Source of the DNA: Rhizaria sp. SCN 62-66
Taxonomy: Eukaryota
Assembly (NCBI GenBank): GCA_001724265.1
Contig: MEDY01000202.1
Coordinates: 1-53,761, forward strand
DNA length: 53,761 nucleotides
Reading direction: 5' to 3'
Position numbers and translations under genes: made by a program
Part shown: piece by piece, positions 23,820-34,600 of the stretch
How the letters are laid out: every line of letters begins with the position of its first letter
Numbering within the stretch: the stretch's first letter is position 1
Notes under the pieces: model-generated
Told to the model about the DNA's origin: nothing
The model's input: only the letters and a program-made list of their open reading frames with translations
Databases searched by the model: none

Positions 23820-25880
23820 TCAGCCCCGCAGGTTGTTTGTGTTGCCGAACAGCGGCCTGCCCGCGCCCTGCGCGTTGCCCGCCGCGTTCCCGGTCCGCGC
23901 CTTGGCCCCGCGCACCGACGGCGGCACCGCGCCGCCGCCGCCCGCGCCCGCCGCAGCTGGGGCCGCGACCGGCGCCGCGGGGCCCTTGTAGAAGCCCGAC
24001 TGGCCGGGCGCGTGGGCGGCGTTGTGCGTGCCGCCGCCGCCCAGCATCGCCGAGCTGCTGCTGTTGGCGCTGCCGCCGTGGCTCCCGCTGCCGCCGCCGC
24101 CGCCGTAGCGCGCATAGCCGCCGCTGCCGCTGCCGCCGTACAGCTTGCTGCCGCCGCCGGCACCGCCGCCGCCGTAGCCGGCGTTCACGCCACCCCCCGC
24201 GCCGCCGCTGCCGTTGCCGCCAGTGTACGCGCCGCCGCTGCCGCCGCCGCTGGCCGCCGCGCCGCCCGCGCCGCCGCCCTGTGGCCCGGCGGCGGACCCG
24301 CCCGAGTGTAGCGCCTGCAGGATGATCGCGAAGTCCTCAATGTAGGCCGTCACGACGTCAAGCTGCGCAAGCATGCGGAGCTCCAGCTGCGCCATCGACT
24401 CGGGCGCCGCCGCATAGGCTGTCGAGCCGCCTGTGGCGCCCGCACCAGGCCCCACCGCGGTGCCCGCAGCCAGAGCCACGGCGGCGGCGGCGGCCTCGGG
24501 GCTGTCTAGGCTGTGGCCGCCGCCGCCGCCGCCGCCGCCGAATGCGGTCAAATCGGCCACTGTGGTAGCCGTGGCCGCCGCAGACGCGGTGCTGCCGTAG
24601 CCGCCGCCGTTGCTGCTGCTGCTGCCGCTGCTGCTGCGGCGGTGGTGTCCCTGCTGCGCCTGCGCCTGCGCCTGCGCCTGCGCCTGCGCGTCGGCCTGCG
24701 CCTGCGCAAGCTGGCCCGCAGGCGTGTCCTTGGCCATGTGCTGCAGCGCGGAGCGCTGGTCGCCGGGCACAAGCACGGCCTGCGTGCAGCGCTGGTGCAG
24801 GTAGTCCGTGGCCATGATGATCTGGGCCAGTCTGCGCGTGTACGCCAGCCCCTGGCCCTCCTTGGCGCGCAGGTTGACCGCGGCCTGCGAGGAACCCGAC
24901 ACGGCGGCCTCCAGCGCGGCCGAGCAGCGCGCGAGCGTGTTGTTGAGCCCCAGCGAGTCGTGGTAGTCGGAGGTGCGCGCCAGTGACAGCTCGGCACGGG
25001 CCTGCTCGGCGTCGCGCGTCGCAGTCTCCAGTTGCCCGCGCAGGTCGTCGTAGATGTGCTCCAGCGACCGAAAGCGCCGCAGCAGGGGCTCCACCGTGTC
25101 CTCGGCGGAGCCCGCCGAGGCGGCGCCGGTGGCCGAGGACGCGTCGGACAGGTTTTGCACGAAACGCAGATACGGCTGGTCTGTGAGGGTGCGAACGAAG
25201 AGAATAGAAGGAAAAAAAGAAGAAAAGAAGACACCATTTACAATATTTAACAAAATAAGAGTTGAAAGACACAAACACAATTGCGTAATCACGCTTAACA
25301 TTACAACGCTTGATACAAACAGAGACAGTTGTTTTGGTGTTTGCGCAAGACGTACACTTGGCGTAGAGGTCGCGCTTCTCCTCAAGCTTGCGCTGGAGCT
25401 CGGCGAGCTGCGTGGTGCGGCCCTTGAGCTCGGCCTCGTGGTGCTGGCGGCCGCGGATCTCCTCGGCGGCTTTCTGCTCTGCGCGCTGGCGCTTGTGTTC
25501 ATTTTCCTTCAGGAACTTGTTGAAAAGCACAAGCGCTTCCTGCAGCTCGAGATCCTTCTTGCGGAGGCTTTCTTCACGGCGCTTAAAGACCTCTTCCTTG
25601 CGGACGTACTCGCTCTTCTGTGCGTCGAGCGCGGCCTGGACGTTGAGCATCTCCTTGCGCTTCGCCAGCAGGCGCGTGACCGGTGAGGCCTGGTCCAGGT
25701 TCAGCGTCGCAGGCAGGCCCTTCATGGCCGCGCCCATGCTACGAGAAGAGTAAGACGGCATAAAAAAAAACAAAGATCAGGATGTAAGCATACTGATACC
25801 GCGCGGTTGGTCGTAAAAGAGTCGATCTTTGTATAATTGCAAAGGGTAGGAGGGGAAACGTACCTGATGTCCTGTTGCAT
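23820..25880 (-). CDS. Coiled-coil cilia/flagella protein of the CCDC42/CFAP73 (DUF4200) family; 3 exons; Gly-rich tail
   Basis: Exons 25880-25864 (17 nt), 25738-25356 and 25180-23820. SPVTRLLAKRKEMLNVQAALDAQKSEY..REESLRKKDLELQEALVLFNKFLKENEHKRQRA is a typical DUF4200 segment. Ends TGA. Confidence 0.88.
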
Positions 25881-26413
25881 CGTGTGGGGTGTGTTAGAGG
25901 TGCGCTGGACACACTCAGTTCTAGGTTCTAACTGAAGTTATAAAGTGACTTAAATAAACCCTGTGAGTTTACTCCACTGTTTGATCGACAGATGTATTGA
26001 CGGAACTTTCAAGCCAAATGACCCACTCAAAGTTCCCCCCACACTCCCCCCACCGAAACGGTTCTGTTGCTCACAGTCTTGGCTGGCTGGACCGTGGGCC
26101 CAGTCTCGCGGCTTGACTTCCCTCAACGGGACTGCCTAATTGGCCTTCTCGAGCCCATCTTCAGTGGGCTGAGGAGGAAACAATAGGTCGTGGTTAAATT
26201 TATGGACACACATTATGGATAGCAGATGCGCTGTTGTATGACATATTTTTTGTTTGGTGTCACTGCCGTCGTTCTTTGCCTTCAAAGCCCCCATCTCGTG
26301 GAGGCTCCTGACAATGAGTTTACTTGTGGTGGCCCGACTTGCTCTTTGCTCATCATGTGCCTTGATTATGTGCTATTTGTTTCTGTTTGTGTCATTTTTA
26401 GCGAGTTCACACA

Positions 26414-27061
26414 ATGGCCTCGTGGCTTAAGTGGTCCCGGAGCATCAAGTCGCTCATCTTCCACCTCCCGATCGTCTCCATTTCGACCGCGTTCGGCGCT
26501 GTGGGCCTGGGCTGCGCCGCCGCCGCCCTCGTGTCCGGCGACATCGGCATCGAGCGCAACATCGACAAGAAGGACAACATGGACTACTACAAGGATATGT
26601 CCCGCGAGCTTACCTACGAGTTCAACCGCCTCCTGGACGCGGACCCTGCGAAGCTGATGCCCGAGTACCAGCGCGTCTACTCGCGCCTGGGCGCTGTCAA
26701 GCAGTACCGCACCGAGCTGGACGCCATGCCGCTCGACAGCCCCGCGCTGGCGGCCACGCGCAAGAAGTACATCGACTCGGCCTTCGAGGTCTACTACGCC
26801 ACGGCCATCGACGCGAACCCGCGCACCGCGGAGCAGATCGCCGCCGGCCGCAAGCGCCTCATCGACCGCGGCTTCATGACCCCCATGCCCGTCGTCGCGT
26901 TGCCTGTGCCCGAGCTCTACCCCGCGCCCAAGGCCATCAACGGCGCCACTGCGACTAAGGACGAGGCGACCACCTACCTGGCGCAGAAGTGGCTCCACCG
27001 CGAGAACAACTGGACCGGCAAGGAGCAGTGGGTCAAGGACACCGAGACCAAGCTCGCCTAA
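26414..27061 (+). CDS. Hypothetical 215-aa protein with one N-terminal hydrophobic segment; strongly codon-biased
   Basis: Intronless ORF with almost exclusively C/G third positions. Hydrophobic segment HLPIVSISTAFGAVGLGCAAAALV. Ends TAA. Confidence 0.85.
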   Translation: MASWLKWSRSIKSLIFHLPIVSISTAFGAVGLGCAAAALVSGDIGIERNIDKKDNMDYYKDMSRELTYEFNRLLDADPAKLMPEYQRVYSRLGAVKQYRTELDAMPLDSPALAATRKKYIDSAFEVYYATAIDANPRTAEQIAAGRKRLIDRGFMTPMPVVALPVPELYPAPKAINGATATKDEATTYLAQKWLHRENNWTGKEQWVKDTETKLA

Positions 27062-27992
27062 TTCCGCAAACATCCACAAGCAAGCAAAGCTTATGCTCAC
27101 AAGGAAGCATGGCTGGCGACGGGAGCGGCATCAACCACCACCTAAGAGTGAGGTGTTGACGTCCCGCTCGTTGCCCCACAACTGCCCGGAGCTGCAACAG
27201 CTGCAATGCTTGCTTTCTCAACACCACCACAAAGTATCACATCCACTGTGTTGAGGTCCCGCGGGGCGTGCGCGTCTGTGCGCGTGCGCCTGCACTGCGA
27301 GCTCAGTCGGCCGGCTGACAAGCACACGACTGAGACGACAGATGTCATGATATTATAGATGTTGTTTATGGCGCAGCCGTGCGCCTGTGTATGTGTGCCA
27401 TTTCGTTCCGGTGGACGCCCGTTTGGCGCTGCCGTTGCTGTGCACGGAAACACATGGCACACAATGTAGTCTTGCTTCACTCTATTGTATTTTTTGTCGT
27501 TTTGTTCTCACACGAACGAACTCTCGCGGCAGCAACGCACGCACGCCTCCGCTCTGCCCCCGATGCCTCACGCAGCCGTTATCTAATCAACATCACAGAC
27601 GCTCTTGCCTTCGCTTCAGTCTCAGTCGAGAGAGCACCGCTGTGCTGTTTGCGCTGCGTATCAACCCCAGCTTTTTCGTTTCTATATTATTTGGGACTTT
27701 ATGCAGTCGCGAACGGCAACAACTAGTGTCTTTATTAAGGCAAATGCGCATTATTTTTTGTTTTTCAATCTCTTTTTCGTATGTTACAGTTCAAAATTCG
27801 GTTTGAGTTTTGACTTGTATTCTCTATTTTTATTTTTCGTTTTCATATTTCTATTCAATACACCATCGAAACAAGTTATCACGGTTCTGTATTATCTATT
27901 TTCAATTCTACTTGTTGTGGCCACAATCCGACTTGCGTTTGCCGGAGTGTTGGATATATGCGCGTTATACAGCTGAATCCCATGTAGTTATT

Positions 27993-30492
27993 TCAACCAG
28001 TGTTGTTCCGGCTGTTGCGGCCCTGACCCTGACCCTGACCTTTCTGTCCCTGTCCCTGACCCTTTTGTCCCTGTCCCTGTCCCTGCTGCTGCTGCTGCTT
28101 CGGCTCCTGCTGCTGCTTCGGCTGCTGCTTCGGCTGCGCCTGTGCCGGAGCCTCCAACTCGGCCTGCTGCTGCTGCTGCTGGCCCTTACCCTTACCCTTG
28201 CCCTGACCCTGACTCTGGTTCTGGCCCTGGCCCTGGCTCTGCCCCTTCCCCTGGCCCTGACTGTGACCCTGATCCTGGCCGTGGCCGTAGCCCTGGCCCT
28301 TAGACTGGTTCTGGTTCTGGTTCTGCTGCCCCTTGCCTGGGCCTTCAGGCTTGATCTCCGTCGCAGTAGCTGTCACCGCAGCAGCAGCAGCAGCGGCAGC
28401 AGCGGGCTGACTCTGGTTTTGACTCTGGTTTTGACCCTGGCCCTTGCCCTTGCCGCGGCCCTGTCCCTGTCCCTGACCATGAGGCTTGTCCTGAGACTGA
28501 GACTGCGCCTGCGCCTGCTGCTGCTGCTGCTTCTGGCCCTGGCCCTGCTGCTGCTGCTGCTGCTTGGGGCCCTTGTTGTTGTTGCCACCCTTGCCCTCGT
28601 TTCCCCTAGCACCAACATTCGCAGCAGAAGCGTCTGCCTTAGCATCAGCCTTGGCAGCAAAAGCAGCCGTAGCCGCAGTGTCAGCCTTGGCAGCAACAGC
28701 AGCAGCCGCCGGGGCTGCACCATCGCCGCCGCTGCGGCCGCCAGCGCCGCCGCCACGGCCAGCGCCGCCGCCGCCGCGACCGCCGCCGAACCCACCGCGG
28801 CCGCCACGACCGGCGCCACTTGAGCTGCCAGCGGCGCGCGCCTGCAGCCTGTGAGAGGAAGCAAAACAATACAAATCACGACCAAAACACAAGAGACAGG
28901 TGAATGATACGTAGAGTATGAAATTAAAAGTGAGTGCATCACGATAAAATTAAAAGTGAATGCATCACGATGAAATTAAAAGTGAGTGCATCACGCAATG
29001 AAACGTACCGAGGCATCTCGAGTGCCATCTGGAAGGCCTTGGTGCGGCCACCACGGTCGGGCATGTCGCCCATGACGACTGAGCGCACGCGCGCTTTCGA
29101 CAGCAGCGCGTGGGCGGGCGCGCTGGAGTCGGTGACGCGCCGCACGGCCACCACCTGCGGCCCCACCAGCGCGAGGTCGGCGGCGGTAAGCGCGACCTTG
29201 GTCTGCACGGCGGCCAGACGGTCCGCGTACACGGCCGCGATCTGCGCGCGCTTGGCGGCGTCGCGGACGCCCCAGAGCATGCCCTGCGCGGAGAGCTTGA
29301 GCCGCTGCAACATCACCGCGCGGCGCAGCGAGTAGTCGTCGTTCAGCGCGGCGGCAGCCAGGTCCACCACCTCGCGCTGCAGAGGGGTCAGCTCGGCTAG
29401 AGACAGCGCGGGAGCCGGCCACAGCGCCTCAGCGGTGCTCGCTGCGCCCTTGATGCTGGCGGAGTTGCTGCTGTTGTTGAGCGCGGTCTCGAGCGCGGAG
29501 GCGGCCTGGCGGAGGTGCGCAAGCGTGGCGGCGTGCGGGCGCGGCGCGGGCAGCCCCGTGGCGGCGGCGTAGAGCCCGGCGACGTGGGCCGCGACGAGCA
29601 CGGGCGCGGGGCGAGTCGCGGGCACGTCGGGCAGCGTGCTCGCGGCCGCCGCGAAGGCCGTGGCGTCGGCGGCAACGGCGGCTGCGGTCTCTGCAGAGAC
29701 CTTAGTGGTGTGCGAGTCGATGGTCTGCTGCGAGGACGCCAGCAGCGACGCGCCCAGGGTGCGGGCGAGCGCGCCCGTCAACACTGCAGTATCAGCAGCA
29801 GTACCAGCGGTGTCAGCAGATGAAGCGGAGGCGTCAATGTAGTTGCCAGTGCTGGCGCTGGGGGCGGCGGCCTGGAGGCGGGCGCCGGCCATGCGCGCCG
29901 TCTGCAGCTCCGTGAGCACGAAGTCGACGCACGCGGCCACGAGGTTCGGGTTGCGGAACGCAGAGAGGGGCACCGTGGAGTCGTTATTGTTGACGTCAGA
30001 GCGAGGGGGCAGAGACGGGAACTCAAGAGTCTCCAGCGCCGAGTAGAGCGCAGCAAGAAACGCTGTGGCGTCGCGTTTGGCGTCCTTGCCGGTGGCTGCG
30101 CCGTGAGTGTTAGCGGTGGCGGCGGAGGCGGCGGCGGAGAGCGCGGAGGGAACGGGGATGCGGTAGGCGTTGAAGATCTCCACGACGGCCTGGGAGATAA
30201 CCTTGCGAGCCACGGGGGAGCTATCAACAAATCCACCCGATAGAGAGGCCTGAAGCTCGTTCGCCATCTGGTTGGAGAGGCTGAGAGTAGTGTGCGCAGA
30301 GAGGTAGAGATGGAGGAGCAAGAATGTGGTGTGGTCATGATGAGGGGGATGAGATTAGGACTAAGATATTTGATGATAGACAGGATCCAGAACACTTTTA
30401 CGCAACAGTTATACACGGTAATGTAGATTTAAATATGATGCGTACCCAATGCTTTCGATACGCTCGATGAGGTAGTCGGGAAGCGCCTCCAT
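27993..30492 (-). CDS. FAM98: FAM98 family protein (tRNA-ligase complex component) with RGG and Gln/Gly-rich C-terminus; 3 exons
   Basis: Exons 30492-30446, 30280-29009 and 28848-27993. Motifs: VDFVLTELQTARM, LNDDYSLRRAVMLQRL..QGMLWG, VRSVVMGDMPDRGGR, followed by RGGRGG repeats. Ends TGA. Confidence 0.85.
28918..28995. repeat. 3 x 26-bp tandem repeat in FAM98 intron 2
   Basis: ATGAAATTAAAAGTGAGTGCATCACG at 28918 and 28970, with a 2-mismatch copy at 28944. Confidence 0.95.
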
Positions 30493-31637
30493 TGACAACC
30501 TGGTGGCAAGGGGAGGATGTGATGAGTGCGAGACAAAAGTGAGCAATTATGGGAGTAAAACTGAATGTTCAGAAGTGTCGTTTTACCGCCAAAGCTAATT
30601 CAACACAAATAGTAGATTGAACCCAAAAGCAGGCAATTAAACGATGAGGATGACTCCATTCAAGCAGTTGGGATATCGGGATCTGAGTCGTGGTGGAGCC
30701 TCCACCACAAAGCGTTTTTGGATCTTTGGCAATGCGCAACATTCTCACCACAAATGATTGTCAAAGCTATATATCCTCGAAACTGAAGATAGTCACATTT
30801 ATAACCATGCCAACCCGTATGAAGGCTTTTAAAAATGATATTTTGCAGGATATTGTAGTCGACGCATATGGCACGAACTATGCTAGCCGAACGCGAATTG
30901 TGACGATCACATCCGCGAGTACGTCTGCTCCTGCCCAGCCCACTGACTGGTCTGAACAGAGGAGTGTTCAACAAGCACGAACGATCACTTCGCGTCGACA
31001 TGTTATCATACAATACAAGTATGAGTTAGACCACTTCCTTCTTGTATAGCGCTGCTACCTGACCCTGCTGTCAAGAGCAACGTTATGTCACGCGAGCACT
31101 ATCTGTGATGCCCACATTCGTATGAGGTTAGATGAAGTTTTGCCGCGAAATAGAAGAAGATAATACAAGATACGTATATTGTGTTCTTTTGCATGACAGT
31201 ACAATGAATCAGAAATGGAGTTCATCACTGTGCTACTGACATCGCAGTGACTGTGGTAACTTCGAGTGCCCGCCATCATCACGAGAGCAATCGCAAGGAT
31301 ATATCATCCGATCAGATGTTTTCACAGACACTGCGTTGAGATTATATAGAAAACGCAGCCTCAACCAACTCTTCAAGTTGTTTGCTCATATGGTAAATAT
31401 AATGCGCATCAAATCTCTCATTAACTGCGATCTCGTCATTGACCACATGCCACTTTTGAGTCTTCGAGCGGTTGTGGAAAGCAAGAGCTTGCCTTGACTT
31501 TGAAGAGGTGTGATTCTCTGCAGTTGAATTGTATAGAATATGGCATTCAAATATGTATTACTCGATGCAATTTTCTAAAACGCCCCTTAATTATATTCGT
31601 TCAAATCATGTTTAACCTTCATAGTCGAGCGTTCCAG

Positions 31638-34600
31638 ATGTCGCAGCCCCGCCAGCAACCTGGCGGGGGGCCCGGCGCTCCTTCAACCTCCTAGCGCCCT
31701 TCAATTTACCGACGTCACAATGCGACAGGTGTTTCCCAATTAGGCACGAACACAACGCCTCCACCAGCCACCCAGGGCTTGTCTTCACTTCCGGCTTCTG
31801 CGTCGCTGCCCGTCAATAGCTTCACGCAGTCGGCCACACTGCCAACAACAAGCCTCTCGCAGCGCGCCAACTCGTGTTCTCCACCACCGTGGCCCGGCAG
31901 CGCCACCGGCGCTCCAGCGTCATCGCAAAATCCCCGCGTACCTGGCGGATTGCCGTCCGCGCCTGGATCCGGCGGTCTCGGCATGTACACGCAGCGGCAA
32001 GCGCCGGCGTACTCGTTCGTTCAGGCGACATCATCGTCCTCCTCGGCTACTCCCGCCACAGGTTCCACCGTCCCTGCCGGGTCTATCGCGCAGCCGCGGC
32101 CTATGACGAGCCTTTACGCCCGCTCTGGCGCCCGCACGGTGTTTGCAGCTGGCCCTACGACCACTTCTGGTGGCGCAACCAGCGCGAACTCTCGCTCCAA
32201 CAACTCAACTCCTGCAAACACAGCAAGCTCTAGTCAGCATCCCCAACCACCGCCGCAACCACCGCAACAGCAGCCGCAACACCACGTGCAGTTCTTGGGC
32301 GTGGCCCCGACGCAGCACGCCGCGGCCTCACAGCACACGCAGCACACCGTGTTCGCGACCCAGTTCGGCGGCAGCATCGGCCCCGCCAGCGAGCTCAGCC
32401 TCAGCCACAGCCTCAGCCACGGCCTCAGCCACGGCGGCGGCAGCCGCAGCGGCGGGGGCGACGGCCCCGGCTCGGGCCGCAACCGCGATAGCCTGAGTCC
32501 CACGCAGCACACGGGCGCGGGCGGGGGAGACCCGGGGACGCAGTACTCCGGCACTGCGGATAGTCGTATCAACACCAGCAACAGCAACAACGACAGCAAC
32601 AACAACAGCAATGGCAACAGTAATTCCAGCAATGCGATGCCGACCCCGCTGTCGCGCGCGCAGTCGCAGTGGCAGCCGCACCTGCACCCGCTCTCGCACT
32701 CACACGAGCAGTCGCAGTCGCTTTCCCTGCCGCAGCCCTACACGCAGTACCAGCAGCCGCAGCACCACGACTCGCAATCGCAGGCGCCGTCATAGACGCA
32801 GGCACAGGCGCAGCAGCAGCAGACGCATTTGACGGACAATGCAGCACCAGCGACCACGACTCCGGTTTTGACTGATGGTGCTCCAGCTGCTGTTGGCGCT
32901 GCTTCTGGCCCCCATGCCACCCCAACAGGCACCACGAGCACGTCAGCACACTCTGCTGCGGTTCCTGTCGCTTCTGCTGCTGCGTCCGCTGCTACTGTTG
33001 CCGATGTGAATGCCCGCGCAGCAAGTGCTCCGGCTGCTGCGTCTGGCGGCGGCGCGCGCGGAATGCTGCTGCCGGTGCCTCCGTCCGCGCTCGACCTCGG
33101 CATCGACAGTCGCGGCGGCGCGTACGGCAACTCTAACACCGGCAACACTGCTGCGCAGCCATTTGGCGCACAAGGGTATAGGCCACAGAATACATTGACT
33201 GCAGGCTCAGCAGCAACAGGACGCCCCGTGGCCAGCGCCAGCGCCGGCGCCGGCGCTGGCGCTAGCGCTGGTGCTGCATCCGTGTACAGGGGCGGCGCCA
33301 GTGTGTACGCACGCGGGGGTGGCAACTTCCACAACCCTGTGTCAGCGAAGCCAAACGCCATCAACGCCACTGCGTACAACAGCAATGGTTACAATGCGAT
33401 TCGCCCAAACAACGGTTCATACAACAACCTCAGCGCACAGAGGCTCAACAATAACACGCAACAGCAGCAACAGCAGCGCCCGGCGCTACAAGCGCCCGCG
33501 CCGACTGCCTCTGCAGCAGTAGTCTCAGGAGCCACAACGTCCGCAGGCGCAGCCAAAAACCCTTCTCTTCTATCAGCATCGCCGTCGTCAGTGGAGGCCC
33601 TCAAGGCCGCTCACGCCGCCGAGCTGGCCGCAGCGGCCGAGAAGCTGGCCAAGCAGAGCGCGCGCCAGCTCGAGGTCTCCCGCGCGTCGGCGAAGCTGCG
33701 GCAGGAAATCACCGCGATGCGCAACGCCGCCGCGGCCGCCGCGGGCCGCGAGAGCCAGCTCCAGCTCGACCTGGCGGACCGCGCGAGCGTGGCCGCGGCG
33801 GCGCGGCGTGAGGCCGAGGCCGCGCGCGAGGCGCAGCGCAGCGCCGCGGCTGCGGCTGCGGCTGCGCAGGCGGCGGCCGAGGCGGCCGTACGCGAGCGCG
33901 AGGGGGCGGCGGCCGCGGCACGCGCTGTGCTGGCACGCGTGGGGCGGTGGCAGGCGGCCGAGGTGGCGCTGGCGGGGTTCACCAGCGCGGTGCGCGAAAT
34001 GATGGTGGGCGTCGAAACACTGGGAAGTCTGTCCACGACCGCGAGTGCGAATCTGGCGACCGCCACAGAGGGGGCGGCTCCGCGGGCACGAGCTCGGTCA
34101 CGGGCCCGCTCCCGGTCGCAGTCGCCGTTACCGTCAGTGTCACGGTCGGGACTGCGCTCACGATCACGGACTGAAAACGGTACTGGTGACAAGGATGATG
34201 ACGATGAAGATGCAATCACGCAGATGGTCACTGGTAACGATGAGCATGATTGCGTCAACGATGTCGAAGACGACAAAGTGGATGGCGACGACGCTGGCAG
34301 CGCTGACGCGGAGCCCGACGCGGATGCCGTGACAGCGGAAGCTGAGGCTGAGGCTGATGCGGTTGCAGGCGCGCGCGAACAGTGGATCGGCTTTATTTCA
34401 GATTTTTCAGTAAGGCTACAGTTGGACATTGGCGCAAAACCGAAACTGGGCGGCGAGAGTAGCGACCAAAGCAGTGGCCGTGCAGTTGACGACGCGGAGG
34501 CCGGCAGCAACGACTATAGACACAGCGGCGACAACGACACTTCTGTTCACGATGCTGAGCTTGCCGCTGCAATTACAAAGCTTAGCGCATTTGCCACTAA

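Noticed and set aside
28918-28995. CRISPR-like direct repeats
   Set aside because: The units abut with no spacers, lie in a eukaryotic intron, and there are no cas genes.
30569-31637. Short ORFs in the FAM98/31638 spacer (e.g. 30690-31049, ending TAG)
   Set aside because: They are AT-rich with no codon bias or motifs. Reading through the TAG soon reaches a TAA without producing a recognisable protein.
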